Below are positions 36,872 through 44,316 of a stretch of DNA of 64,000 nucleotides, one piece after another (positions within the stretch are counted from its first letter, which is position 1; each line of letters opens with the position of its first letter). A program made the position numbers and the translations under genes. The stretch lies in assembly GCA_013359125.1 (NCBI GenBank), contig JABWCR010000001.1:174183-238182 (forward strand), read 5' to 3'. Origin of the DNA: Armatimonadota bacterium. GTDB taxonomy: Bacteria > Armatimonadota > Fimbriimonadia > Fimbriimonadales > GBS-DC. The notes beneath the pieces are model-generated. The model saw only the letters and a program-made list of their open reading frames with translations. It searched no databases and had not been told where the DNA came from.

Positions 36872-37692
36872 TGGCCTTGGACATGATCGCCGCTTCGCTT
36901 ATCAATCTGGAAACTCTGCCGCCGACCGATGTCGTCGCGATGCCAGAGATGCCTCAAGATTCGCTCTTTATGGCGATGCTGGCCTCCCAACTGATGCCGA
37001 TGGGCTTTCAGGTTGCCGAGCAGCCGGTGGTCGTCAACGACGCAGCGCCATTGACGTTATCGACAGTCGAGCTGCCAGTCATCGCTCCTACGATAGAGCC
37101 CGCGGCGTTCCCACTGGAGCCGATGGCCATCGACAGCGAGCTGGCTGAGACCGCTCTGCCAAAGCCCGAGTTCGAGCAACCCAAGTTCGATCGACCGGAA
37201 CCGAAGGAAGACGTTCAGACCAATCTGCCGGTCGCGCCTCCTCAGCCAAGCACGGCGCAGCCAATTGGGCCGACCAGTCATACGGTCGAAGTTCGCATCG
37301 ATCCTGTTCAGCGAAGCCACTTGGTCGAACAGGCCGCGATTCGCATCGAGACGATGGTTCGGACCGGCGAGTCCGATCAAGCCCGAATTCAACTGAGCCC
37401 GCCCGAACTGGGAACAATCTCGATTTCGCTGACCGTAACGGGGGGAGAAGTCCATGCCCGACTGGCGGCCGATCAGGAGCAGACCCGACAGATGTTGGAA
37501 CAGGCCGCCGAGCATTTGAGGTCGGCGCTCGATCAGAAGGGTCTCTCGCTCAAGGAATTCTCTGTGGCGGATCAAGGAGCGCAACAGTCGCAGGCGCAGG
37601 GCGAAACGGCGCAGAGTTCCCAGATGCAACAGTCTGCTGAATGGCAGATCGGCGCCATCAACTTAGACGGCGTTTTCACCACAATAGTATAG
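36871..37692 (+). CDS. fliK: Flagellar hook-length control protein
   Basis: 273-aa ORF; Pro/Gln-rich N-terminal part and C-terminal Flg_hook pattern (RIQLSPPELGTISISLTVTGGEVHARLAADQEQTRQMLEQAAEHLRSALDQKGL). In-frame ATG 36883 is an alternative start if the sigma-28 box is real. Confidence 0.8.
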   Translation: MALDMIAASLINLETLPPTDVVAMPEMPQDSLFMAMLASQLMPMGFQVAEQPVVVNDAAPLTLSTVELPVIAPTIEPAAFPLEPMAIDSELAETALPKPEFEQPKFDRPEPKEDVQTNLPVAPPQPSTAQPIGPTSHTVEVRIDPVQRSHLVEQAAIRIETMVRTGESDQARIQLSPPELGTISISLTVTGGEVHARLAADQEQTRQMLEQAAEHLRSALDQKGLSLKEFSVADQGAQQSQAQGETAQSSQMQQSAEWQIGAINLDGVFTTIV

Positions 37693-37766
37693 GTAAGTTT
37701 TGCGCCAAGGCTGGCAAAATCAACCTCACGGACGATGGGGCCGACGGGGCCCTCCCGAGGTGCAAC

Positions 37767-38141
37767 ATGACGATCAACAGCATTGGCGCCGCGCAGACGT
37801 CTTCTGACGCTGCCTCTCGCGCTAACTTAGATACTCAGCAGTTTCTTAAGCTTCTCATAACGGAACTCACTAGCCAGAATCCGCTCGATCCGATGAAGGA
37901 TCGCGAGTTTATGGCCCAATTGGCCGCTATGAACACCGCCCAGAGCGCCGAAAAGATGGGCAAGGCCGTAACCGCTTCCATCGCTGCGTCGCTGGTTGGT
38001 CGAAACGTTCAGGCCAGTCTGCCGGACGGCTCCGCCAACATCGAGGGCAAGGTCGAGTGGGTGGAGTTTGCGAACGGTACGGCGCGAGTAAGGGTTGGCG
38101 AGCACACCATTCCGTTCGAGTCGGTCTACAAGGTCTACTAA
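37767..38141 (+). CDS. flgD: Flagellar hook capping/assembly protein
   Basis: Start at ATG 37767 (124 aa, GAGGTG SD); FLKLLITELTSQNPLDPM is the FlgD N-terminal signature. Confidence 0.85.
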   Translation: MTINSIGAAQTSSDAASRANLDTQQFLKLLITELTSQNPLDPMKDREFMAQLAAMNTAQSAEKMGKAVTASIAASLVGRNVQASLPDGSANIEGKVEWVEFANGTARVRVGEHTIPFESVYKVY

Positions 38142-38166
38142 TCGCAGGTTTAGGAGGATAACGCCT

Positions 38167-39441
38167 ATGTGGCAAGCCATGTTTGCTGGCGTCGCCAGTC
38201 TTCGCGCTCATCAGACGCGGATGAACGTGATCGGTAACAACATATCGAACGTCAACACGACCGCTTTCAAAGGCGGGCGCGCGCAGTTTCAGGACCTCAT
38301 GTCCCAGACGATTCGCCCAGCATCCAGGCCGGACGGCGCGAGGGGCGGCGTCAACCCGATGCAGGTCGGATTGGGCGTCAAGGTATCGAGCATCGATTCG
38401 CTTCCTAATCAAGGCAGCTTGCAATTGACCGGGCGCGAGACGGACTTGGCCATCCAAGGCCAGGGTTACTTCATGTTCACTGACGGATCTTCGACCCTCT
38501 ATACGCGCGACGGCAGTTTGGATATCGACAGCGGGGGGTATCTTGTCCACCGCGCAACCGGTATGAAGGCGCTTGGATGGACGAGCGATTTGAGCGGCGC
38601 CATCGACACGACCGCGCCTATCGATGCCCAGAGCACGATCTCGACGCCGATTGGCGGCATGACCGCAGTCAGACAGACGACCAGAGTTGTCTATGGCGGC
38701 AACCTGGACGCTCGCGCCGCGCCCGATCAAGCCTGGACGGCCACCTTGAACGTTTACGACAGCTTGGGCTCGGCGCATCCGATAACGGTTACCTTCCGCA
38801 ATCAGGCGGCGCCGGCCAACGGCCCAGCGCCGACCGGTTCGGTCGCATCTTGGGACTGGATCGCAGAGGAAGGCGGCGTGCCGGTCGGTTCTCACAGCAC
38901 TGGCAACAATGGGCGACTGCACTTTGACGGGAACGGGACGTTGATCGGCGGTCAGACTCAGAGCATTACGGTATCGCCGACCAATGGAGCGACACCTTTC
39001 CAAGTTCAACTGGACTTTGGCGCCATCTCGCGATTGGCGACGGACAGCGAGGTTCGACCTTCTTCTCAGGACGGTTTTCCGCCCGGCAGTTTGGAGCAGA
39101 TGGGCATTGGCATCGACGGCACGATCACAGGAGTGTTCACCAACGGACTGACCCGAGCGATCGGACGCATGTCGGTGGCGACGTTTGCTAATCCGGCGGG
39201 TCTAGAACGAGCAGGCAGCAGCCTGTGGCGCGCGACCGATAACTCGGGCATTGGGGTTGCCGGCACAGCCACGCAGGGCGGTCGAGGAGAGATCAACAGC
39301 GGCTATCTGGAACAGTCCAACGTCGATCTGGGCGCCGAGTTCTCCGATCTGATCCTGACTCAGCGCGGATTCCAGGCGAATACGCGCATTGTAACCGTCG
39401 TGGACGAGTTGCTCCAAGAGGTTGTGAACCTCAAGCGATAA
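38167..39441 (+). CDS. flgE: Flagellar hook protein
   Basis: Start at ATG 38167 (424 aa, AGGAGG SD); N-terminal flagellar basal-body rod signature (NNISNVNTTAFK) and C-terminal GYLEQSNVDL...LILTQRGFQAN. Confidence 0.9.
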   Translation: MWQAMFAGVASLRAHQTRMNVIGNNISNVNTTAFKGGRAQFQDLMSQTIRPASRPDGARGGVNPMQVGLGVKVSSIDSLPNQGSLQLTGRETDLAIQGQGYFMFTDGSSTLYTRDGSLDIDSGGYLVHRATGMKALGWTSDLSGAIDTTAPIDAQSTISTPIGGMTAVRQTTRVVYGGNLDARAAPDQAWTATLNVYDSLGSAHPITVTFRNQAAPANGPAPTGSVASWDWIAEEGGVPVGSHSTGNNGRLHFDGNGTLIGGQTQSITVSPTNGATPFQVQLDFGAISRLATDSEVRPSSQDGFPPGSLEQMGIGIDGTITGVFTNGLTRAIGRMSVATFANPAGLERAGSSLWRATDNSGIGVAGTATQGGRGEINSGYLEQSNVDLGAEFSDLILTQRGFQANTRIVTVVDELLQEVVNLKR

Positions 39442-39447
39442 GCCGAA

Positions 39448-39473
39448 CAGGGCGGGCCGCAAGGCCTGCCCTG
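39448..39473 (+). terminator. Stem-loop after flgE (candidate intrinsic terminator)
   Basis: 11-bp stem (one G-U) cagggcgggcc / ggcctgccctg with GCAA loop, 7 nt after the flgE stop; weak U-tract. Confidence 0.5.
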
Positions 39474-39520
39474 ATGCAAAAACCCAGCGCTTTTCTTAAC
39501 CCCGCGTTAACCCCTCAATG

Positions 39521-39529
39521 TGCTATCCT
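39521..39529 (+). promoter_or_regulatory. Extended -10-like TGCTATCCT upstream of pseudopilin gene
   Basis: TGn plus TATCCT 44 nt upstream of ATG 39573, which has an AGAGGGGGG SD. Confidence 0.3.
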
Positions 39530-39572
39530 TTAGGGGTATGAAATCAGACCAAGAGGGGGGTCCAAACCACTA

Positions 39573-40427
39573 ATGAAGCGACGAGGCTTTACCCTGATCG
39601 AGTTGCTGGTCGTCATTGCGATTATTGCGATTTTGGCGGCCATTTTGTTCCCCGTTTTTGCTCAAGCGAGAGAGAAAGCCCGACAAACCCAATGTCTGTC
39701 CAATGCGCGACAGATCGGCACCGGAATCATGATGTACACGACCGACTGGAACGATATGTTTCCGCGCATGGACGACTGTCTGAACACTCGATTGCCCTAT
39801 TCGGCAGCGGTTGGTTGCAACGGCCCCTACGGCCAGCGCATCAACCATTACAAGTGGCAATATTGGATTTGGCCCTACGTCAAAAACATTCAGATTTTCT
39901 TCTGCCCTTCGCGCGAGTACGATCGCGCGATGTGGAACGACAGCGCAGAGATCTTCAACGGCGGCTACGCCCTCAATCTCGCATTGACCGGATCGACCAA
40001 TACTTACAATGGACAGAACCAGACGGGCGCTTATCGCAATTCGTGGCGCGGCGGCGGGCTGCACGGGATCGGCGATGCGGCCTCGACGATGTTTATCATG
40101 GAGCACTGGTTCCCGGGCGTTTGGGGCTATGTAACGCCGGGCGGCGCCGTCCAGCAGACCGTCTATCCGATGGCCACGCGAGAAGTCTGGCGAAACGCTT
40201 TCAATCGGGGCGAGAAGCTGGCGAATCCACATAATAACGGCATGGTGGTCATCTACTGCGACGGCCATGCGGGCTATGTCCCGCGCGAGAAGTTCCTGGC
40301 GATGTCGCCTCCCAATGCCGATTATCGCGTTTCGAGCGTGCCGAACCCGTTTCCTAGCGGAATGGTTTGGACCGTCAGCGCTCCTCCCATCGTGAACGGG
40401 ACCTGGCCTTTCTGGGGTCTGGAGTAG
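39573..40427 (+). CDS. Prepilin-type N-terminal cleavage/methylation domain protein with H-X9-DG motif (DUF1559-like pseudopilin)
   Basis: 284-aa ORF; [37 protein letters not shown]; C-terminal [14 protein letters not shown]. Confidence 0.85.
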   Translation: MKRRGFTLIELLVVIAIIAILAAILFPVFAQAREKARQTQCLSNARQIGTGIMMYTTDWNDMFPRMDDCLNTRLPYSAAVGCNGPYGQRINHYKWQYWIWPYVKNIQIFFCPSREYDRAMWNDSAEIFNGGYALNLALTGSTNTYNGQNQTGAYRNSWRGGGLHGIGDAASTMFIMEHWFPGVWGYVTPGGAVQQTVYPMATREVWRNAFNRGEKLANPHNNGMVVIYCDGHAGYVPREKFLAMSPPNADYRVSSVPNPFPSGMVWTVSAPPIVNGTWPFWGLE

Positions 40428-40431
40428 TTTA

Positions 40432-40578
40432 ATGAGGCAGCTGTTGCTTTCGTTGCTGCTTCTTCTTGGTTTGGCGGGCCTGACTGCGTGCAACGACAGT
40501 CAGGTCTCCTCCGAGAAGGGCAAGGAGCTTCGCGAGGCCGGCCAGCGCGATCCGAACGATCCTTCTGGCGGGCGATAA
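40432..40578 (+). CDS. Small lipoprotein (48 aa), not in the ORF track
   Basis: ATG 5 nt after the pseudopilin stop; MRQLLLSLLLLLGLAGLTAC has a textbook lipobox, followed by a short polar tail. Below the 60-aa track cutoff. Confidence 0.45.
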   Translation: MRQLLLSLLLLLGLAGLTACNDSQVSSEKGKELREAGQRDPNDPSGGR

Positions 40579-40579
40579 A

Positions 40580-40931
40580 GGGATCGGCCAGCCTATAAGC
40601 CGGGTTCTGTGTTCGGCGACGATCTCTCTGCGATCCGGCTTGCGCTCGGACCTGTAGCGGCCAACCCGAGAGGCGCGCGGGCCGCGCGATCCCTCTCCTA
40701 TTTGGCCTTGCTCCCGGCGGGGCTTGCCCAATCGACCATTGCTGGCCGACCGGCGCGATCTTATCTGCGCCTTTTCACCCTTACCCGATTGGCTACGGGC
40801 GGTTTCCTTTCTGTTGCGCTTTCCGTACGAGCCTTCGCTCGCCCCGGGCGTTACCCGGCGCCGCGCCCAATGGAGCCCGGACTTTCCTCCCTGCGAAGAA
40901 TCGCAGGGCCGCCGCCCAGCTGGCCGATCCC
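40580..40931 (-). ncRNA. rnpB: RNase P RNA, bacterial type A
   Basis: Minus strand reads GGGAUCGGCCAG...AGGGAGGAAAGUCCGGGCUCCAU...GGUAACGCC...CAACAGAAAGGAAACCGCC...GGUAAGGGUGAAA...GGAGCAAGGCCAAAUAGG...ACAGAACCCGGCUUAUAGGCUGGCCGAUCCC. All universally conserved regions are present, and P1 pairs 5' GGGAUCGGCCAG with 3' CUGGCCGAUCCC. Confidence 0.95.
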
Positions 40932-40936
40932 AAAAA

Positions 40937-40945
40937 GATATACCC
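40937..40945 (-). promoter_or_regulatory. GGGTATATC box for rnpB
   Basis: Minus strand GGGTATATC-TTTTT-G, where G (40931) is the first base of the P1 stem. This spacing is that of a -10 hexamer and its transcription start. Confidence 0.5.
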
Positions 40946-40960
40946 GATAAGAGCGATAGA

Positions 40961-40969
40961 TGCTATAAT
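40961..40969 (+). promoter_or_regulatory. Extended -10 TGCTATAAT for the repeat lipoprotein gene
   Basis: Consensus TGnTATAAT 48 nt upstream of ATG 41017. Confidence 0.4.
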
Positions 40970-41016
40970 TCGGCCTGGCATGATGCCAAATCAACCTGAT
41001 TGAGGTGAAGAAAACG

Positions 41017-41349
41017 ATGGGTACCAATTGGCTGCGCTACATCTGGGCCGCGCTGATCGTAACAGCGCTCTTCGCGCTCGGCGCTTGCAGCAAGGACGAG
41101 AAGACCGAGACCGCTCCCAACACGGACAGCGGCATAACCGCCGACAAGGATGCCGGCTCCGGTATGGGCGAGACAAAGACCACCGAAGGCGAGACGTCGA
41201 CCACCGAAGGCGGGACTTCGACCACCGAAGGCGGGACTTCGACCACCGAAGGCGAGAAGAAGGAAGGCGAATCCACCGAAGGCGAGAAGAAGGAAGGCGA
41301 TCATACGCACACCGAAGGCGAGAAGAAAGAAGCCGGTTCTGGCCACTAG
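41017..41349 (+). CDS. Repeat-rich acidic lipoprotein (T-E-G-E/K repeats, His-containing C-terminus)
   Basis: Start at ATG 41017 (GAGGTGA SD at 41002..41008; the ORF-track GTG 41005 lies inside the SD). Lipobox LFALGAC; then TTEGETS/TTEGGTS x3 and TEGEKKEG x3 repeats ending DHTHTEGEKKEAGSGH. Confidence 0.6.
   Translation: MGTNWLRYIWAALIVTALFALGACSKDEKTETAPNTDSGITADKDAGSGMGETKTTEGETSTTEGGTSTTEGGTSTTEGEKKEGESTEGEKKEGDHTHTEGEKKEAGSGH
41179..41334 (+). repeat. In-frame tandem repeats inside the lipoprotein gene
   Basis: Three 21-nt units accaccgaaggcg(a/g)gac(g/t)tcg at 41179, 41200, 41221, the last two identical. Then three longer units sharing accgaaggcgagaagaa(g/a)gaag at 41245, 41275, 41311. 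Confidence 0.85.
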
Positions 41350-41403
41350 TTCTTCTGAACGCATCCGGGCGCGCGAGAGGTTGGTTTGCGCGCCCGGCGT
41401 CTC

Positions 41404-41433
41404 TTGACTTCTGCTCTATCAATCCTTCAGAAT
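41404..41433 (+). promoter_or_regulatory. Candidate sigma-70 promoter for greA (TTGACT-N18-CAGAAT)
   Basis: -35 TTGACT 41404..41409, -10 CAGAAT 41428..41433, then 9 nt to ATG 41443 with no SD (leaderless candidate). Confidence 0.4.
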
Positions 41434-41442
41434 TATCCGCCT

Positions 41443-41913
41443 ATGGCCAAAGAGATATTGCTTACTCCCGAAGGGCACAAGATGTTGCTGAAGGAGTTGG
41501 ACGAACTCAAGACCGTCAAGCGGCGAGAAGTCGCCGAGCAGCTTCGACAGGCTCGAGCCCACGGAGACCTTCGGGAGAACTTTGCCTATGACGATGCCAA
41601 GCGCCACCAAGCGCTGATCGAAGGTCGCATAAGGGACCTGCAATACGTGATCGAGCGCTGCAAGGTGGTCGAGCGACCGGATGGGGTTACCGACTACATC
41701 CATCTAGGCAGCGAGATCGAACTGACCAACGTCGAAAGCGGCGAAAAAGCAAGCCTCACCTTGGTCGGAGTCTACGAGGCCGACCCTATGCAAGACAAGG
41801 TCTCGGTGCTGAGTCCAGTCGGAGAAGCGCTGATCGGTCGCGGCGTAGGCGAGATAGTAGATGTGGTAACGCCTAAAGGCGACATCCAATACCGCATCGA
41901 CTCCGTTCGCTAA
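41443..41913 (+). CDS. greA: Transcription elongation factor GreA
   Basis: Start at ATG 41443 (156 aa); LTPEGHKMLLKELDEL, ARAHGDLRENFAYDDAK, and C-terminal FKBP-like domain pattern. Confidence 0.9.
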   Translation: MAKEILLTPEGHKMLLKELDELKTVKRREVAEQLRQARAHGDLRENFAYDDAKRHQALIEGRIRDLQYVIERCKVVERPDGVTDYIHLGSEIELTNVESGEKASLTLVGVYEADPMQDKVSVLSPVGEALIGRGVGEIVDVVTPKGDIQYRIDSVR

Positions 41914-44294
41914 GCGCGAGCCTTTTTCAGAAACCTTTCTAAGTCCGCCTCGCTTACTTTGCGCCCGTGCACATCGGTTACATAGAAGCTGGTTACAGCG
42001 CGCCCCGCCCACGATCCGACCCGCGCGCTATGGATGTTCCAACGCTGCCGCGCCATGGCGGAGGCGCCCTGATAGAGCGCGTCCAAACCTATAGGATAGT
42101 GAAGCTCGATAAACGTCAACCCCCGTTCGTTTCGGCCTTCCGCTTTGATGATCTGAGGCTGTGCGTTCATTTCGCGCCGATGTCTCTTCAGCACAGAAGC
42201 CAGTTCAGTTTGGCCCAAGAGAACCGAGGTCAATTCCCTTTGAACCATTTCGCATCGCTGGACAGATAGCGGCTTGTCTCGATAGTCGATCCAAAGCGTA
42301 TCGATGGCGATGCCGGGCTTTCGAGTGAAGACCCTTGCCGAGTGGACACCTACGTCGCACGCATAGAGCACGCCGGCGATCTTGGCCAATAGGCCAGGCT
42401 GCGGGTCGTCCTGAGCGCAAATCGTGAGTTCTGTCCAGGCGCCGTTTTCCGAAACTTTCCAATCGAACTGCGGTTCGCCTTTCATCGCGCGCTCAACATA
42501 GACGATATGGAGCGAGATCTGCTCGGGCGTGTGGCTCAGCAGGTAGGAGGCCGGCATGCGCTTGGCGTGTTCGTCGATCTGCCTTTGCGGAATGGGTCGC
42601 TTAGACAATTCTCTCAGCAGCCGCCGTCTCGCCAAATCCTCGTCGGGCGTTCCGCTGTCTCCCTCCAATCGGTTCATCGCACGAATGTAGAGCTCGCGCA
42701 GGAACTCTGCAAAGACGGGCGTCCAGACCCCGGGGCCAACGCTCGAAGTGTCCGCACACGTCAACAGGTAGAGCATCCGGAGCCTTTCTGGCGTCTTGGC
42801 CAAACGACAGAACTGAGCGATCGTGCTGGGAAGGGACAGATCGTGCTGGCGCGCCGTGCGCGCCATTTCGAGGTGATTTCTAATCAGGAAGACAACGTCC
42901 TTCGCCTGGTCCTTGGGCCATTGCCAAGCCTTGGTCGCTCTTTGGGCGATTTTCGCGCCGCTGATCGAATGAGGCGCGGAGTAGTCCAACTTTCCAACAT
43001 CGTGCAATGCCGCCGCCAGATAGAGCGTCTCCGGGCTTTCGATCTCTTGCAACGCGTTGCGAAAAGGGCTGTCGTCCGAGTTCCAGTACTCGTCCAGCCG
43101 TTCGACAGTTCTCAGCGTGTGCTCGCCGACGGTAAACTCGTGCGACGGGTCGGGCGGTACAAAAGAGAGGCAGCGATCGAGATTAGGCAGCATGAAACGA
43201 AGCAGATCGAAGCGAACGGCGGTCCGAAGCGCCAGCCCGACCTTGCCTCGCTCGGCCAAGATCTTAGCCATCGCCCGCCCGATGGCCGCTTGGGTCAAGC
43301 GCAGAGGGCCTTCAGGTCGCACACAGTTGATCGGATACCTTTGGGTCAATGACAACGCTTCGAGCGAGCGATTGCCTGGAATCTGAAGGATTGTGCCGCG
43401 TTCGACTTCGAATCCCTCGACCGTCAACCTGCCGTTGATAGCACGGTCGATCGCCTCCTCAGAAATGTTCTGGACTGTCCGCATCGCGCCTAGCAGCGCG
43501 CTCATTAGCTCGGCGACGTCAGGTTTCCCCTCTTGAACAACGCCCATAGCCACGGCCAGATCTTCTTGTCGAGACCGAGGCAGGTCGTCTTTGCCGTCTC
43601 TTCGCATTCGATGGAGCGCCCAGCGGTATCGATAGAGCACGGCTTCGCCCGCCGCCAATCGGCCGCTATCTTCCGTAGCGATCAGAGGGTTTCCGACCAG
43701 CGTCGATACCCAGCGGACCGTATGCGCGTCCCGCAGACCGCCGGGCGACAGTTTCAGGTCGGGTTCGACTCGCATCGATCCGCCGACAAACCTCGCGCGC
43801 CGCGACATGAACTCGTCGTATCGCTCATAGACCATCCGACCTCGATCCGCGCGTTCCCAAAACTCTGTCAAAAATCGATCGAACAGTCGTGAGTCGCCAG
43901 CGACGCACCGGGCATCGATCAGGCCGCATCTTGTCTTGGCGTCCAACTCTTCCAGGGACTCCAGATCGTTCAGGGATCGGAAGCTATAGCCTATCTGAAG
44001 CCCGGCCGTCTGCTGAAGGCCGACAATCAGGCGACTGTAAAAGGTCTTCGCTCGCCGGTCGAGCGCAGGGTCGTCCTCTGCTGCCAATAGAAGCGATAGA
44101 TCCACATCGGACCCAGGCGACAGTTGGCGACGCCCATAACCGCCCGTAGCCGCGACGCAAAGTCCTTCGGGCGGGTCGTCTTCCAACAGTTGGCCGATCG
44201 CACGGTCGACCGCCGTTGCCAACCGATTCATTGGCTCAAGAGGATCGCTCTCCCCCTTGAAGGCGGCTATTATCCGCTTGCGATGCGCCGCCAA
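41910..44294 (-). CDS. glnD: [Protein-PII] uridylyltransferase/uridylyl-removing enzyme-like (NTase + HD + 2 ACT)
   Basis: 794-aa ORF; NTase motif GGYGRRQLSPGSDVDLSLLL, HD domain (AAALHDVGK), two C-terminal ACT-like segments. The start (TTG 44294 in the track) is uncertain; in-frame ATG at 44231. Confidence 0.8.
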   Translation of the reverse strand: MAAHRKRIIAAFKGESDPLEPMNRLATAVDRAIGQLLEDDPPEGLCVAATGGYGRRQLSPGSDVDLSLLLAAEDDPALDRRAKTFYSRLIVGLQQTAGLQIGYSFRSLNDLESLEELDAKTRCGLIDARCVAGDSRLFDRFLTEFWERADRGRMVYERYDEFMSRRARFVGGSMRVEPDLKLSPGGLRDAHTVRWVSTLVGNPLIATEDSGRLAAGEAVLYRYRWALHRMRRDGKDDLPRSRQEDLAVAMGVVQEGKPDVAELMSALLGAMRTVQNISEEAIDRAINGRLTVEGFEVERGTILQIPGNRSLEALSLTQRYPINCVRPEGPLRLTQAAIGRAMAKILAERGKVGLALRTAVRFDLLRFMLPNLDRCLSFVPPDPSHEFTVGEHTLRTVERLDEYWNSDDSPFRNALQEIESPETLYLAAALHDVGKLDYSAPHSISGAKIAQRATKAWQWPKDQAKDVVFLIRNHLEMARTARQHDLSLPSTIAQFCRLAKTPERLRMLYLLTCADTSSVGPGVWTPVFAEFLRELYIRAMNRLEGDSGTPDEDLARRRLLRELSKRPIPQRQIDEHAKRMPASYLLSHTPEQISLHIVYVERAMKGEPQFDWKVSENGAWTELTICAQDDPQPGLLAKIAGVLYACDVGVHSARVFTRKPGIAIDTLWIDYRDKPLSVQRCEMVQRELTSVLLGQTELASVLKRHRREMNAQPQIIKAEGRNERGLTFIELHYPIGLDALYQGASAMARQRWNIHSARVGSWAGRAVTSFYVTDVHGRKVSEADLERFLKKARA

Positions 44295-44316
44295 GCGCTG
44301 TCCAACGGCTTCTGCG

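Noticed and set aside
37927-39009. 360-aa antisense ORF opposite flgE, plus similar long shadow ORFs: 21055..22032, 39570..40493, 44257..45255, 60104..61066, 56271..57056, 61828..62607, 33613..34344, 7444..8340, 58302..59153
   Set aside because: Each is antisense to a gene with unmistakable family motifs. Their products are Arg/Gly/His/Pro-rich with no recognisable motifs. Long stop-free antisense frames are expected in GC-rich DNA.
40429-40999. Four ORF-track ORFs (40429..40731-, 40609..40950+, 40724..40999+, 40793..40981-)
   Set aside because: All lie on top of the RNase P RNA gene (40580..40931, minus). Their translations are Arg/Pro/Ala-rich low-complexity strings typical of GC-rich non-coding sequence.
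41179-41334. Possible CRISPR array or other non-coding repeat
   Set aside because: The repeats are contiguous with no spacers, are multiples of 3 nt, and are in frame inside a lipoprotein ORF. No cas genes are present.
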